IMG/VR virus record: IMGVR_UViG_3300044846_002555
Span: 1 to 64,000 of that record
Length of the DNA: 64,000 nt
Origin: a virus
Direction: 5' to 3' (one strand)
Positions 9,726 to 20,443 of this stretch are shown piece by piece. How positions within the stretch are numbered: position 1 is the stretch's first letter; every line of letters begins with the position of its first letter. Below the pieces are notes generated by a model. That model saw only the letters and a list, made by a program, of their open reading frames with translations, had not been told where the DNA came from and ran no database searches. The position numbers and the translations under genes were made by a program.

Positions 9726-10877
9726 TTAATTTTTGATTATAAAATGTCTGATATATGTCCACCAACTAAATCCATAGTAACGACTTATAACTGGTGTATA
9801 TTTGTTTAATTGTTTTTCTAATTCTTCATCTTTATCTTCATTAGATAAATGATAATTTTGGTTTTGATAATAAAATAAAACTTTACCACCTTTAATTTTT
9901 TGAAGTATTTTTTCTAAAACATTTTCGTTAAGATTATTAAGTGAAAATAAGTGGATATCCGATTCAGGATTATTAAATGTTAGTGTAACATCATAATATA
10001 ATTTCTGTAAAACTTCCTGTTGACCTTTAGATATATTTCTAGACCATAATGATACGTTTTTATTTTGTAATTCTCCAATAGGGTAGGACCCTAAAGTAGA
10101 GGTTTCAATATACAATTCATTAAATCTACTATCAATACCACCGTCACTTAAATTTAATTTATTTAATGCAATATCAAAATTTGCGTTAAAATTATGTGGG
10201 ACAATTTTTCTGTGGGATTCGGAATCTTCTCGTAAATACCACTTATATAAAGGTCTTGGTATATGCAGATATTTCCCAAATGAATTTGACCAAAATACGT
10301 GATAACTATCTTCAGCACCCGCCAACACATCTGTTAATTCAAACTTATCTATGATATTTTTAAACGCCCTTAAATGACCAAAACAACTATAACTTATATT
10401 ATTTAGATAATCACATGATGGGTGATAATTATTAATTTTGTTAGAGATTATATCATTATTTAAGATATATGAGATTGAATGTAATGAACCACTATCTTCA
10501 TATAATTTAAAGTAATCTGACGACACTAAAGACACATCATTGTTGTTTTCTAAAAATGAGTTATAAACATTTAAAAAGTTTTTATCAAAATCATCATCAG
10601 CATCGACTAAAACAATCCAATCAAAAGTTTTATCAAAAAATTCTTGAGGATTCCAATACATTTGTTTTTTTTCAGATTGTTCATAATATTTTATTTTATG
10701 TTTTAAAATACTATTTTCTAATCGGTTTAAGACTATGTCTTTAGTGTTGTCACTTGAAAAATCGTCAGTAATGTGCCATTCAAAATTATCATAATCTATT
10801 TGTTCGATAGAATTAAATATTCTATCAACAAATCTTTCACAATTATAAAAGGTGGTGTATATTCCAAATTTTAACAT
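9726..10877 (-). CDS. GT2-family glycosyltransferase
   Basis: TTFYNCERFV, ITDDFSSDNT, VDADD, AEDS. Confidence 0.85.
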   Translation of the reverse strand: MLKFGIYTTFYNCERFVDRIFNSIEQIDYDNFEWHITDDFSSDNTKDIVLNRLENSILKHKIKYYEQSEKKQMYWNPQEFFDKTFDWIVLVDADDDFDKNFLNVYNSFLENNNDVSLVSSDYFKLYEDSGSLHSISYILNNDIISNKINNYHPSCDYLNNISYSCFGHLRAFKNIIDKFELTDVLAGAEDSYHVFWSNSFGKYLHIPRPLYKWYLREDSESHRKIVPHNFNANFDIALNKLNLSDGGIDSRFNELYIETSTLGSYPIGELQNKNVSLWSRNISKGQQEVLQKLYYDVTLTFNNPESDIHLFSLNNLNENVLEKILQKIKGGKVLFYYQNQNYHLSNEDKDEELEKQLNKYTPVISRYYGFSWWTYIRHFIIKN

Positions 10878-10879
10878 AA

Positions 10880-13800
10880 CTAATTTAAATTTTTAGCAAA
10901 AATCATATTATCTTTAATTTTAACATCAAAATTGTTTTTTAATAAAACACTAACCACTAACTCTAATATTTCTTCACTATGTGTCTCAATACAATATCGT
11001 TTTATTTTTTTTAAATTTTTAGACGTTATTGTTTTAAAAATATCGTATTCAGAACCTTCACAATCTATTTTGCAATAATTAATTGTGTCATCAATTTCAT
11101 TGATAAGGGTATTAATATTAATGGATTCAACAATAATTTCATCACCGGTGTTATTAAGTAAATCATTATAAGTTGACACACAATTTCTTGCGGAAACATC
11201 ATCACATAATGTCATTGTAATTTCACCATCTTCAACACTAACTGCTTTATTAATTGGTGTTATTGGAAATTCTTTAGATAATTCTAAAATATGATTAAAT
11301 GGTTTTTTTAATGGTTCAACACAATATGTTTTTTTAGCTCCTTTATCCAGTGAGTAAAGAGAGAAAAATCCATAATTACCACCAATGTCTAAAACAACAT
11401 CATCTTTTTGAACATTAAATTCATCATCATATTCATAATCTTTATTTATGAATATCTCCCAATAAGTTGAATAATTATTATCTTCTAAATTTTCAAATTT
11501 ATATTCTTTATCACCTATTGTTAGTTTGTTATCCCCATTGATAATCATTTTTTTATAACCAAAAAATTCACCATCTAAATATAGGTTTATAATAATATTA
11601 CCTAAACCGTTTAAACGACCCGGACTTGGTGCCCACCAATTTATTCCGTTATAGTTTCTTTTCGCAACATCAAAAAAGTTGTCTCTTTTTAAACCTGTGT
11701 TAACATCAATCACCTCCATTTTTATTGGGAGTTCCGTGTCAACTTTATAATTAAAGTGTATTTTATTTAAATCGTCTTTTTTAAACAATTCAACAATGGT
11801 GTCAAATTTATTAACATTTTCCGAGTTCAAAACTTTACTAATGTTTTCTTTAACCCGGTCAACAGATGGATGACACTCAAAAGTTGATTTCTTCTCTAAA
11901 CACCCTGGCATTGGTGGAACGGCATTAATGTGTCCCCACTCTTTAACATTATACGATAAATTTGAATTACAAAATATATTACAAGTTCCTCCAACATATG
12001 TATAGTTATATTCTTGAGTCCCATATCTATATGGTGCTCTAAATGATGGATGTATCGCGCTACCTAATTGTAATATATGGGTATTCGTACATCCTGCTAA
12101 ATGTAAAGGCCCGGAATCCATTGTTACAATACATTTAGAGTTATTAATTACCCACCACATATCACTCATCGTCCCTTGATTGGTTAAATCTAAACCATAA
12201 AGATTTTCAAAAACAGGACAGTATTTTTCTAATGTATCACCTAACGAATGATGTAATTTTTCTCTATAACCTGACCCTATTAAAACAGTATAAATTTTGT
12301 TTTCACGAAGCCAATCAATTAATTCTGTCCAATTTTTATCATTCCAAGTTCTGTTCGCCCAATTTGTTGTTACGTGTAATACAACATACTCTTTAGGTAA
12401 GTCAATATCTAATTCTAATGATGTTGGATAAAAATCATAACTCAATTGTTCTGGTAAAAGTTGGAATCCTAAATCATTAGCGTGTAATTGACGAGTATCA
12501 ATATGTGAGAATTTTTTCTCAATACCATTCTTATCAAAAGTTCCGGGAAACGTAAAACTTTCATATATTCTTGAGTTTGATGTATCAATTAAATTGTATT
12601 CGTCAAATGAAAGTAAATTATCAACATAAGGGTTTCCTCTAAATACAACTTTACTATGTGTCACAACATTGATTTTTTCATTATGTGATTGAGAAAGATA
12701 TCGTAAAGTTGGTGTTGACGCTAACGTATCTCCAAAACTACTACTGTGAATTAAATAATATATGTTTGACATTGTAATTGATTTTTTTTTAGTATTATAA
12801 CTTTCTAAAATTTTATTTGCTTTCTCAGTAACATAGTCCCAATTAAAATTTTTCTGAATATATTGTGAATCTAATAATGATTTATTGTTATATTCTGAGA
12901 GTTTATTTAATTTATATTGTGTATAAAATTTCATAACTTCATACTCAAATTGAGTATAATTTGGTTCTGATAATTTACCAGGGTAATAGTCATGTAGTAA
13001 CTCCCAAAAATATTCTTGGTTGTTTATTATTAATTTTCTTTGAGCGTCTTCTTCTCCTACAATCTCAATACCAATACCTATTGAGTTTTCAGTATATTCT
13101 AATTGACCTGTTGATTTACTGTAAATGGATGGCACACCTGAAGATAATGATTGAATTAACGGAAGATTCCAACCCTCACCGCGTGAACAAGAAACATATA
13201 AATTTGCATTTCTAATTTCATTAATATAATCCTCTTCACTTAATGTATCCAAAAATGTGATGTTATTATATTGAGGTAAACCATATTTTGTAAACAATTC
13301 ATCTTGTGATTCCTGTTCTCGATATTTGTCATGTATTGCTAATTTAAATTCAACTGAGGGGTCATCACCAATTACATTAGTAATTGACTTTATTAATTCG
13401 TAAGATGATTTACGATATTCCCAAGTACCAATATGTAGTATTGTTAGTTTTTTATTTTTTTTATTTTTAACGGGAAAAAATTTGGATGGGTCAACACCCT
13501 CATTAACAACAGTTATTTTATTTCTATCTATTCCATTATTAACAAAAACCTCTAATTGCCATTTACTTGGAACCCATATATAATCAACTTTTTTAAGTTT
13601 TTCAATAAAACCTTCTAACATTTCTGTAGTTTCCCAAGGGAAGTAAGCAATAACTGGTTTATCGTAATCTTGATAATAATAATGATGATACGCTTCGGCC
13701 ATTATAAGGTGAAAATCGGGAACAAATGATTCGTCATATCCTAATAGTGGAAATTCTTTTAACTCACCATCTACCCATAAACTTTGTTGATGTAATAATT

Positions 13801-13996
13801 GATGGTGAATATCCTCTAAACCTTTAGTGTTTTTATACATATCAGGACCACTATAAAAACCATTCCAAGTATTAGTATCTAAATTGAAGTTTCTTATCTT
13901 AACATTATGGTATTTGTTTAGATTTTTACTAAATTCTTTAATATGATGTGCAATACCACCAGGTCCCATCATTGAGCCGTGAATTAATATATTCAT
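10880..13996 (-). CDS. Multidomain GT4 + GT9/Aah-like + FkbM methyltransferase
   Basis: GT4 (PWET, RGEGWNLPLIQ), GT9-like (SFGDTLASTP, MDSGPLHLAG, CNIFC...FECHP), FkbM (LDIGGNYG, KIDCEGSE). Confidence 0.85.
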   Translation of the reverse strand: MNILIHGSMMGPGGIAHHIKEFSKNLNKYHNVKIRNFNLDTNTWNGFYSGPDMYKNTKGLEDIHHQLLHQQSLWVDGELKEFPLLGYDESFVPDFHLIMAEAYHHYYYQDYDKPVIAYFPWETTEMLEGFIEKLKKVDYIWVPSKWQLEVFVNNGIDRNKITVVNEGVDPSKFFPVKNKKNKKLTILHIGTWEYRKSSYELIKSITNVIGDDPSVEFKLAIHDKYREQESQDELFTKYGLPQYNNITFLDTLSEEDYINEIRNANLYVSCSRGEGWNLPLIQSLSSGVPSIYSKSTGQLEYTENSIGIGIEIVGEEDAQRKLIINNQEYFWELLHDYYPGKLSEPNYTQFEYEVMKFYTQYKLNKLSEYNNKSLLDSQYIQKNFNWDYVTEKANKILESYNTKKKSITMSNIYYLIHSSSFGDTLASTPTLRYLSQSHNEKINVVTHSKVVFRGNPYVDNLLSFDEYNLIDTSNSRIYESFTFPGTFDKNGIEKKFSHIDTRQLHANDLGFQLLPEQLSYDFYPTSLELDIDLPKEYVVLHVTTNWANRTWNDKNWTELIDWLRENKIYTVLIGSGYREKLHHSLGDTLEKYCPVFENLYGLDLTNQGTMSDMWWVINNSKCIVTMDSGPLHLAGCTNTHILQLGSAIHPSFRAPYRYGTQEYNYTYVGGTCNIFCNSNLSYNVKEWGHINAVPPMPGCLEKKSTFECHPSVDRVKENISKVLNSENVNKFDTIVELFKKDDLNKIHFNYKVDTELPIKMEVIDVNTGLKRDNFFDVAKRNYNGINWWAPSPGRLNGLGNIIINLYLDGEFFGYKKMIINGDNKLTIGDKEYKFENLEDNNYSTYWEIFINKDYEYDDEFNVQKDDVVLDIGGNYGFFSLYSLDKGAKKTYCVEPLKKPFNHILELSKEFPITPINKAVSVEDGEITMTLCDDVSARNCVSTYNDLLNNTGDEIIVESININTLINEIDDTINYCKIDCEGSEYDIFKTITSKNLKKIKRYCIETHSEEILELVVSVLLKNNFDVKIKDNMIFAKNLN

Positions 13997-14000
13997 AAAA

Positions 14001-14561
14001 TTATTTTTTAATTACCCAACTTGAATCAGGGTATCTCGTAATTGAATGTGTTTTACCAAAATAGTCATTTACTGCATATAAAACATCAATATTCTCTAAA
14101 TAATCATGACCGGATAAATAACCACCTTTTTTAATTTTTGGTAACCACGTATTAATATCGTTTATTACATCATCATACCAATGAGACGCATCAATATAAA
14201 CAAGGTCAAAATGTTCATCAGGAAACATTTTAGAGGCCTCATCACCCCTCATATGTATTTTATTAATGTGAGAATAAAATGATTTCATATTATCAAACAA
14301 TTCCATAGCTTGGAAAATAATACCATCATTATTCCAATCTTCCCAAGTATCGATGCAGTATATTTTTTCACAATGTAATGCTAAAACTTCACTACTAACA
14401 CCGGCATACGAACCAATTTCAGCAACAACAAAATTATCTTTCATAATATCTTCACACATCATGAACAAACCTTGAGTCCTATTAACACCACCTTCATCAT
14501 CTTTTAAACCAAACATTCTATAGGCCGTTTTTAAATATTCTCGTCTATTATCAATATTCAT
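14001..14561 (-). CDS. Class I methyltransferase (Methyltransf_24-like)
   Basis: AEIGSYAGVS, YIDASHWY, GGYLSGHDY. Confidence 0.85.
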   Translation of the reverse strand: MNIDNRREYLKTAYRMFGLKDDEGGVNRTQGLFMMCEDIMKDNFVVAEIGSYAGVSSEVLALHCEKIYCIDTWEDWNNDGIIFQAMELFDNMKSFYSHINKIHMRGDEASKMFPDEHFDLVYIDASHWYDDVINDINTWLPKIKKGGYLSGHDYLENIDVLYAVNDYFGKTHSITRYPDSSWVIKK

Positions 14562-14669
14562 ATTGTTTTATTTTTTTACCCTAAAGATAATAAAATATGT
14601 ATAAATTTCCATATAATTTTAGATAATTTAATTATTTATCGTAAAATAATTCTAACTATATTTATAGTA

Positions 14670-15560
14670 ATGCAAGTAGTTGAAATAACAAGTTTATCAG
14701 GACATTCACCATTTAATATCTCAATATGTGATATTACCTTAACTTATTGTTATGTGGTTGCAACCGGTGTTGTTGTTGTCCCCCCAACATTAGAATTACA
14801 AATACCTACTCAATTAGAAGGTGCTCAACAAGTTATAGTTAAAGTTGTGGATTCAATTGGTTGTCAAGAATTAATTTTACAAAGTTGTCCAACAACCCCA
14901 ACTCCAACACCTACAATAACCCCAACTCCAACACCTACAAAAATTGTGGTTTGTAATTGTCTTACATTTGAAAATACAACATCGAATACATTATATTTTT
15001 ATTTTACTCAATGTGATGACACAATATTAAAAGGTGAAATACAATCGGGAACTACATTATATTATTGTGGTAGATTACCATCAGCGGATGTTGGTATTAA
15101 TGTGAATATAGGTAATTTGTGTGTTAACAATACGTGTCCTGATTCGGCATTAACCCCTACCCCTACAACAACACCAACAACAACACCAAACCTGACATCG
15201 ACATCTACGCCAACCCCAACACCGACCCCAACTCACACTCCAACAGCAACATCGACAACAACACCGACACCAACACCAACACATACTCCAACGGCAACAT
15301 CAACAACAACCCCAACTCCAACACCTACATCTGCGGGATTAGTTTTAGAGTTATACGGTTGTTGTGATTTGACAACACAATACGTTGCATATAATCCAAT
15401 ATTCGCATCATTACCAGGGGTATATACCGCAACAAATGGTGAACCTTATGAAGTGGTAACAGGTGTTGCGATTAGTGGAGCTCCTACGGTTACCATTGTT
15501 GATATAACAAATTATAGTAATTGTACTAATTGGGTGACAGTTTTTGGTAGTTGTCCGTAA
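14670..15560 (+). CDS. Thr/Pro-rich mucin-like, Cys-rich protein (probable virion component)
   Basis: Two (PT)n/T-rich tracts separating small Cys-rich domains; TATTTAT motif at 14659. Confidence 0.7.
   Translation: MQVVEITSLSGHSPFNISICDITLTYCYVVATGVVVVPPTLELQIPTQLEGAQQVIVKVVDSIGCQELILQSCPTTPTPTPTITPTPTPTKIVVCNCLTFENTTSNTLYFYFTQCDDTILKGEIQSGTTLYYCGRLPSADVGINVNIGNLCVNNTCPDSALTPTPTTTPTTTPNLTSTSTPTPTPTPTHTPTATSTTTPTPTPTHTPTATSTTTPTPTPTSAGLVLELYGCCDLTTQYVAYNPIFASLPGVYTATNGEPYEVVTGVAISGAPTVTIVDITNYSNCTNWVTVFGSCP
15152..15330 (+). repeat. Coding tandem repeat (TSTxTPTPTPTHTPTA-like units)
   Basis: Imperfect repeats visible in both DNA and protein. Confidence 0.85.
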
Positions 15561-15625
15561 TAATTAACCATTAATATTTATCTTTTATTTTGAACTATTA
15601 TCTTTTGTGTAAAAACAAGAGATAA

Positions 15626-16873
15626 ATGAAAATATTTGTACAGATAGCTTCCTATCGTGACCCCCAACTTATCCCAACATTAGATAGTATGTTGGAAAAT
15701 GCTAAAAGACCTAAAAACTTAAGAATAGGTATATGTCGTCAATATCACCCTGAAGACGGGTTTGATAATTTAGAAAAATTTAGTGGAGATAAAAGATTTA
15801 GAGTTAAGGATGTTTTATATTCTGACGCTAAAGGTGTTTGTTGGGCAAGAAATCAAGTACAACAATTATATGATGGTGAGGAATATACTCTTCAAATAGA
15901 TTCTCATATGAGATTTGAAAAGGATTGGGATGATACCTTAATCAAAATGGTTAAACAACTTCAGAAGAAAGGATTTAAGAAACCTTTATTGACGGGGTAT
16001 GTTTCTTCATTCGACCCGGATAATGACCCGGCAGGTAGAGTTAAAGAACCGTGGAGAATGTCTTTCGATAGGTTTATCCCTGAAGGTGCGGTATTCTTCT
16101 TACCTGAAACAATTCCTGGTTGGGAAAAACTTAAACAACCAATTACTTCTCGTTTTTATTCTGCACATATGGCTTTCACTCTTGGAGAGTTCAGTGTTGA
16201 GGTTCAACACGACCCTGAATTTTATTTTCACGGGGAAGAAATATCTATTGCCGTTAGAGCATTTACTCACGGATATGATTTATTCCACCCACACAAAACT
16301 GTTATTTGGCATGAGTATACTCGTAAGGGTAGAACCAAACAATGGGATGATGACAAAGAGTGGGGTAAAAAGAATGAATTGTCTCACAAAAAGAATAGAC
16401 AACTTTTTGGAATGGATGGTGAGGAAGTTACTTTGGATTTTAGTAAGTACGGATTTGGAACTGAAAGAACTTTAAAAGATTATGAGATTTATTCTGGTCT
16501 TAAATTTTCAAATAGAGCTGTCCAACAATATACATTAGATAAAAAGTATCCACCAAATCCTACCGTTTATGAAACTGAAGAAGAATGGTTGGCAAGTTTT
16601 GCAAGAGTATTTAAACATTGTATAGATATCTCATTTAAACAAGTTCCGGAAAAAGATTATGATTTTTGGGTTGTTGCTTTCCACGATGAGAAAGATGAAA
16701 CTCTTTATCGTAAAGATGCGGATATTAATGAAATAAATAATATGATGAAAGACCCTGACGGATACTGTAAAATTTGGAGAGATTTTCAAACAACCTCTAA
16801 ACCAAAATATTGGGTGGTGTGGCCTTATAGTAAATCAAAAGGTTGGTGTGATAGATTAACCGGTAACTTGTAA
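15626..16873 (+). CDS. GT60-like polypeptide N-acetylglucosaminyltransferase
   Basis: IFVQIASYRDPQL, AKGVCWAR, LQIDSHMRF..DWD, FHGEE, GYDLFHP...WHEYTR. Confidence 0.85.
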   Translation: MKIFVQIASYRDPQLIPTLDSMLENAKRPKNLRIGICRQYHPEDGFDNLEKFSGDKRFRVKDVLYSDAKGVCWARNQVQQLYDGEEYTLQIDSHMRFEKDWDDTLIKMVKQLQKKGFKKPLLTGYVSSFDPDNDPAGRVKEPWRMSFDRFIPEGAVFFLPETIPGWEKLKQPITSRFYSAHMAFTLGEFSVEVQHDPEFYFHGEEISIAVRAFTHGYDLFHPHKTVIWHEYTRKGRTKQWDDDKEWGKKNELSHKKNRQLFGMDGEEVTLDFSKYGFGTERTLKDYEIYSGLKFSNRAVQQYTLDKKYPPNPTVYETEEEWLASFARVFKHCIDISFKQVPEKDYDFWVVAFHDEKDETLYRKDADINEINNMMKDPDGYCKIWRDFQTTSKPKYWVVWPYSKSKGWCDRLTGNL

Positions 16874-16876
16874 TAT

Positions 16877-17866
16877 ATGAGATTTATTATTAGGCATCAG
16901 TTAAGAGACCTTAAAATGGGGGGTCACGAGTTTTATGTGACTAGTTTATTTAAAAAATTTATAAATTCAATAAAATTAAAATATCCGGAACACACTTTTG
17001 ATGTGGAAGTCGACCAATCTTATGAGAAATATGGTCAAGGGAGTATTTTTAGTTGTATGAGTTTATCGATTATTAATCCTGAAAATAATAATTATATTTT
17101 AATATCATTATTCGATAATTGGAAATATCATTTTATGAGGCATCTTGGTTGGGAACCAAAAAAAATGAAACAATTTTTTTATGCTGGTGGATTTAATTTT
17201 TTAGATTATTTTAACTATAAAAAAATATCATCGTTAAATCCTGATTTAGAATTCCCGGATGATATACAAAGTGTTTTTAACACTTTTTTTTATAACCCTT
17301 ATTTTGATTGTTGTTACGATGAAATGGAATCAATCTATAACACTAAAAATAATAGAGAACAAAAACTTTATTTTAGGGGGTGGATGTGGGATTTTAGAAA
17401 ACAAATGACCGAAAATATTAATCGAGACGATATTTTAATTATTGATAAAAACCAAAACAATCAAAATTTAAATTATGTTGATTACTTAAAAGACATGGCG
17501 AATTATTCGGTTAGTTTAAGTTTACCGGGTGGAACAGAATCTTGTAATAGAGACATAGAATGTTTTGGTATTGGTGTTCCTGTTATTAGACCTTATTTAC
17601 AAATAAATTATCCTGAACCATTAATACCAAACTACCATTACATTAATTGTTATCACTATTGTGATTATACGGATAACGGAAACCCAAAATATTTGTCATA
17701 CGAAGATTTTCAAAAAAATTTAATATACACTTGGGAGAAAGTTAAAAATAACCAAGAGTATTTAGATTTTATATCTAAAAATGCCCGAGAATGGTTTGTT
17801 AAAAACTGTCAACCTGAAAATAATATAGAATTATTTTTAAATAAAATTGATTTAAATTTATTATAA
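16877..17866 (+). CDS. Putative glycosyltransferase (GT90/GT47-like GT-B C-terminal region)
   Basis: KLYFRG, YLKDMANY..SLSLPG...CNRDIEC.GIGVPVI, ISKNAREWF. Confidence 0.55.
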   Translation: MRFIIRHQLRDLKMGGHEFYVTSLFKKFINSIKLKYPEHTFDVEVDQSYEKYGQGSIFSCMSLSIINPENNNYILISLFDNWKYHFMRHLGWEPKKMKQFFYAGGFNFLDYFNYKKISSLNPDLEFPDDIQSVFNTFFYNPYFDCCYDEMESIYNTKNNREQKLYFRGWMWDFRKQMTENINRDDILIIDKNQNNQNLNYVDYLKDMANYSVSLSLPGGTESCNRDIECFGIGVPVIRPYLQINYPEPLIPNYHYINCYHYCDYTDNGNPKYLSYEDFQKNLIYTWEKVKNNQEYLDFISKNAREWFVKNCQPENNIELFLNKIDLNLL

Positions 17867-17867
17867 T

Positions 17868-19544
17868 ATGAGTGTAACATTAGTGACCGGTTTATGGAAT
17901 ATAGGGAGAGGTGACCTTCAAGAAGGGTGGTCTCGTTCATTCCAATATTATTTAGAAAAATTTGAACAATTGTTACATGTTAATGAGAATATGATTATTT
18001 TTGGTGATAAAGAATTAGAAAAATTTGTTTTTAAATATAGACGTGTTGAAAACACTCAATTTATTCATAGAGAGTTATCTTGGTTTAAAGATAATGAATT
18101 TTACACTAAAATACAATCAATTAGAACTAACCCCGAATGGTTTAATCAGGTTGGGTGGTTATCTGATTCAACTCAAGCCAAATTAGAAATGTATAATCCT
18201 TTAGTGATGTCTAAAGTGTTTTTACTTCACGACGCCAAACTATTAGATAAGTTTAATTCCGAATATATGTTTTGGGTTGATGCCGGAATAACAAACACAA
18301 TTCATCCGGGATATTTTACTCACGACAAAGTTTTAAACAAAATACCTAAATTAGTAAATAATTTTCATTTTGTATGTTTCCCTTATGAAACAAATAGTGA
18401 AATACACGGATTCAAATATGATGTTTTATGTAATATTGCGGGAAACAAAGTTAATAAAGTTGCTCGAGCCGGTTTTTTTGGTGGTAAAAAAAATGTAATA
18501 TCAGAAATAAATTCAATATATTATGGATTGATGAATGATACTTTATCTAAAGGTTTTATGGGTACGGAAGAATCATTATTTACCATAATGACTTATCAAT
18601 ACCCAAATTTAATAACTTATTCAGAAATAGATGGTAATGGTTTGATGGGTAAATTTTTTGAGGATTTAAAAAATGATAATGTTATTGTTAAATCTGAAAG
18701 TTCTAAAAATGTAATAATAAATAATAATATGGATATCACTAACGTTGCTCTTTATGTAATAACATTTAATTCCCCAAAACAATTTGAGGTTTTAATCCAA
18801 ACTATGTTAGAATATGATAAAGATTTTATAGATAAACCGGCAAAATACTTATTGAACAATTCAACTGATTTATCAACAACTGAACGTTATGTTGAATTAT
18901 GTTTACAATATGGTTTTGAACATATCAAAAAAGACAATATTGGTATTGTTGGAGGTAGAGTTTTTGTTGCGGAACATTTTGATAAAACAAATCACGATTG
19001 TTATTTTTGGTTTGAAGATGATATGGCATTTTATCCAAGAAAAAATAAAATGTGTAAAAATGGTTTTAATAGATGGACTGAAAATTTATATCAAAAATCA
19101 TTAGAGATTCTTAAAAAAGAAAATTTTGATTTTTTAAAACTTAACTACACTGAATTTTTTGGTGATAATAGTACTCAATGGAGTTGGTATAATGTTCCCC
19201 AAGATTTTAGACAAAGACATTGGCCTGATAATCCAAGATTACCTGAACAAGGATTAAATCCGAATTCTCCAAAGACAGTTTTTAAAAATATTAAATCACA
19301 TAATGGTTTACCATATGTCACAGGTGAAATTTATTTATGTAATTGGCCAATACTTTTAAGTAGAGAAGGTAACTATAAATGTTATTTAGAAACTAAATGG
19401 GCTCACCCTTTTGAACAAACTTTAATGTCTCATTGTTATCAAGAAACTGTAATGGGTAATATTAATCCCGGGTTATTGTTATTAACACCAACTGAACACA
19501 ATAGATTTGACCATTATGATGGTTCGTTAAGAAAAGAAAGTTAA
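17868..19544 (+). CDS. HtrL/YibB-like glycosyltransferase fused to a GT-A-like domain
   Basis: TLVTGLWNIGR...RSFQYYLEKF, FWVDAG, GFFGG, GTEESL; second domain with YVITFN and WFEDD. Confidence 0.7.
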   Translation: MSVTLVTGLWNIGRGDLQEGWSRSFQYYLEKFEQLLHVNENMIIFGDKELEKFVFKYRRVENTQFIHRELSWFKDNEFYTKIQSIRTNPEWFNQVGWLSDSTQAKLEMYNPLVMSKVFLLHDAKLLDKFNSEYMFWVDAGITNTIHPGYFTHDKVLNKIPKLVNNFHFVCFPYETNSEIHGFKYDVLCNIAGNKVNKVARAGFFGGKKNVISEINSIYYGLMNDTLSKGFMGTEESLFTIMTYQYPNLITYSEIDGNGLMGKFFEDLKNDNVIVKSESSKNVIINNNMDITNVALYVITFNSPKQFEVLIQTMLEYDKDFIDKPAKYLLNNSTDLSTTERYVELCLQYGFEHIKKDNIGIVGGRVFVAEHFDKTNHDCYFWFEDDMAFYPRKNKMCKNGFNRWTENLYQKSLEILKKENFDFLKLNYTEFFGDNSTQWSWYNVPQDFRQRHWPDNPRLPEQGLNPNSPKTVFKNIKSHNGLPYVTGEIYLCNWPILLSREGNYKCYLETKWAHPFEQTLMSHCYQETVMGNINPGLLLLTPTEHNRFDHYDGSLRKES

Positions 19545-19590
19545 TTTGTTTATTTTTGGAAAGCAAAGTATTTATAAATAAAAACAATAG

Positions 19591-20436
19591 ATGGATTTTT
19601 TTATAAAGAAAAACGCAACCTTACCGGTACTAAAGTTACAAGTGGTTAAAGACGGAAGAAGTGACTATAATAAGTTTATGGATATGATTGAAGAATCGGC
19701 CATTTTCTTCTCAATGGTTGACGTAGAAACCGGTATTCCAAAAATAAGTTCAAGACCTGCAGGGTTTGTTGAAAAAACTTTTGTTGACTTGAATGCTGGT
19801 CCTGAATATTACATATATTATCAGTTTACACCAAGAGATACTAATAGAGTTGGTCGATACGCCGGTCAATTTATGTTAAGAAATTCCGATGGTGTCCTTA
19901 TATTACCAATACGTGAAGAATTATTTATAAATGTTCAAGATTCATTTATTGCTGATGATTTAGTTTATGATAGTTGTTACGTGTCAGAATTCCCTTGTTG
20001 TATCAATGGACCATATACTACAACAACAACTACAGAATGTTGTCCTTGTACTACAACTACTACTACAATTAATCATACTACAACCACGACAACAACAGTT
20101 CCTGTATTATCCGAAGTTAATATGGGTTCAGGTATTTATGACGATATTGGTCATTTATTTATTGATTTTATTGCCGATAGTCCTCAACTAATTAAATGTA
20201 TTGTTGAAGATTATGTATTGGCACCTCCGTTTTATATAATTGGTGGTGAGAACTATTATATGTATACCCCATTACAAATAGGTGGAACAATTTATAGTGA
20301 CCCTAATGGACAAACAATATCATTGATTAATGATGGTAGTTATGTCACTCAAGTAAACGGATATCAAGTAATCACCGTTTTTAATTCTGTAATTACCGGA
20401 ATTGTTAATTTTAACAATTTACTTCCATGTCATTAA
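19591..20436 (+). CDS. Probable virion protein, BppU-N-like domain plus Thr tract
   Basis: FFIKKNATLPVL...DT.R.G.Y.GQF N-terminal domain; TTTTTECCPCTTTTTTINHTTTTTT. Confidence 0.55.
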   Translation: MDFFIKKNATLPVLKLQVVKDGRSDYNKFMDMIEESAIFFSMVDVETGIPKISSRPAGFVEKTFVDLNAGPEYYIYYQFTPRDTNRVGRYAGQFMLRNSDGVLILPIREELFINVQDSFIADDLVYDSCYVSEFPCCINGPYTTTTTTECCPCTTTTTTINHTTTTTTTVPVLSEVNMGSGIYDDIGHLFIDFIADSPQLIKCIVEDYVLAPPFYIIGGENYYMYTPLQIGGTIYSDPNGQTISLINDGSYVTQVNGYQVITVFNSVITGIVNFNNLLPCH

Positions 20437-20443
20437 TCTAAAA

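Noticed and set aside
1639-19544. Island interpreted as host LPS/capsule DNA or as a DNA hypermodification cluster
   Set aside because: It has no flippase, polymerase or export genes and no base hydroxymethylase or nucleotide kinase that I could recognise, and it is interleaved with phage structural-type genes. DNA modification is disfavoured but not formally excluded.
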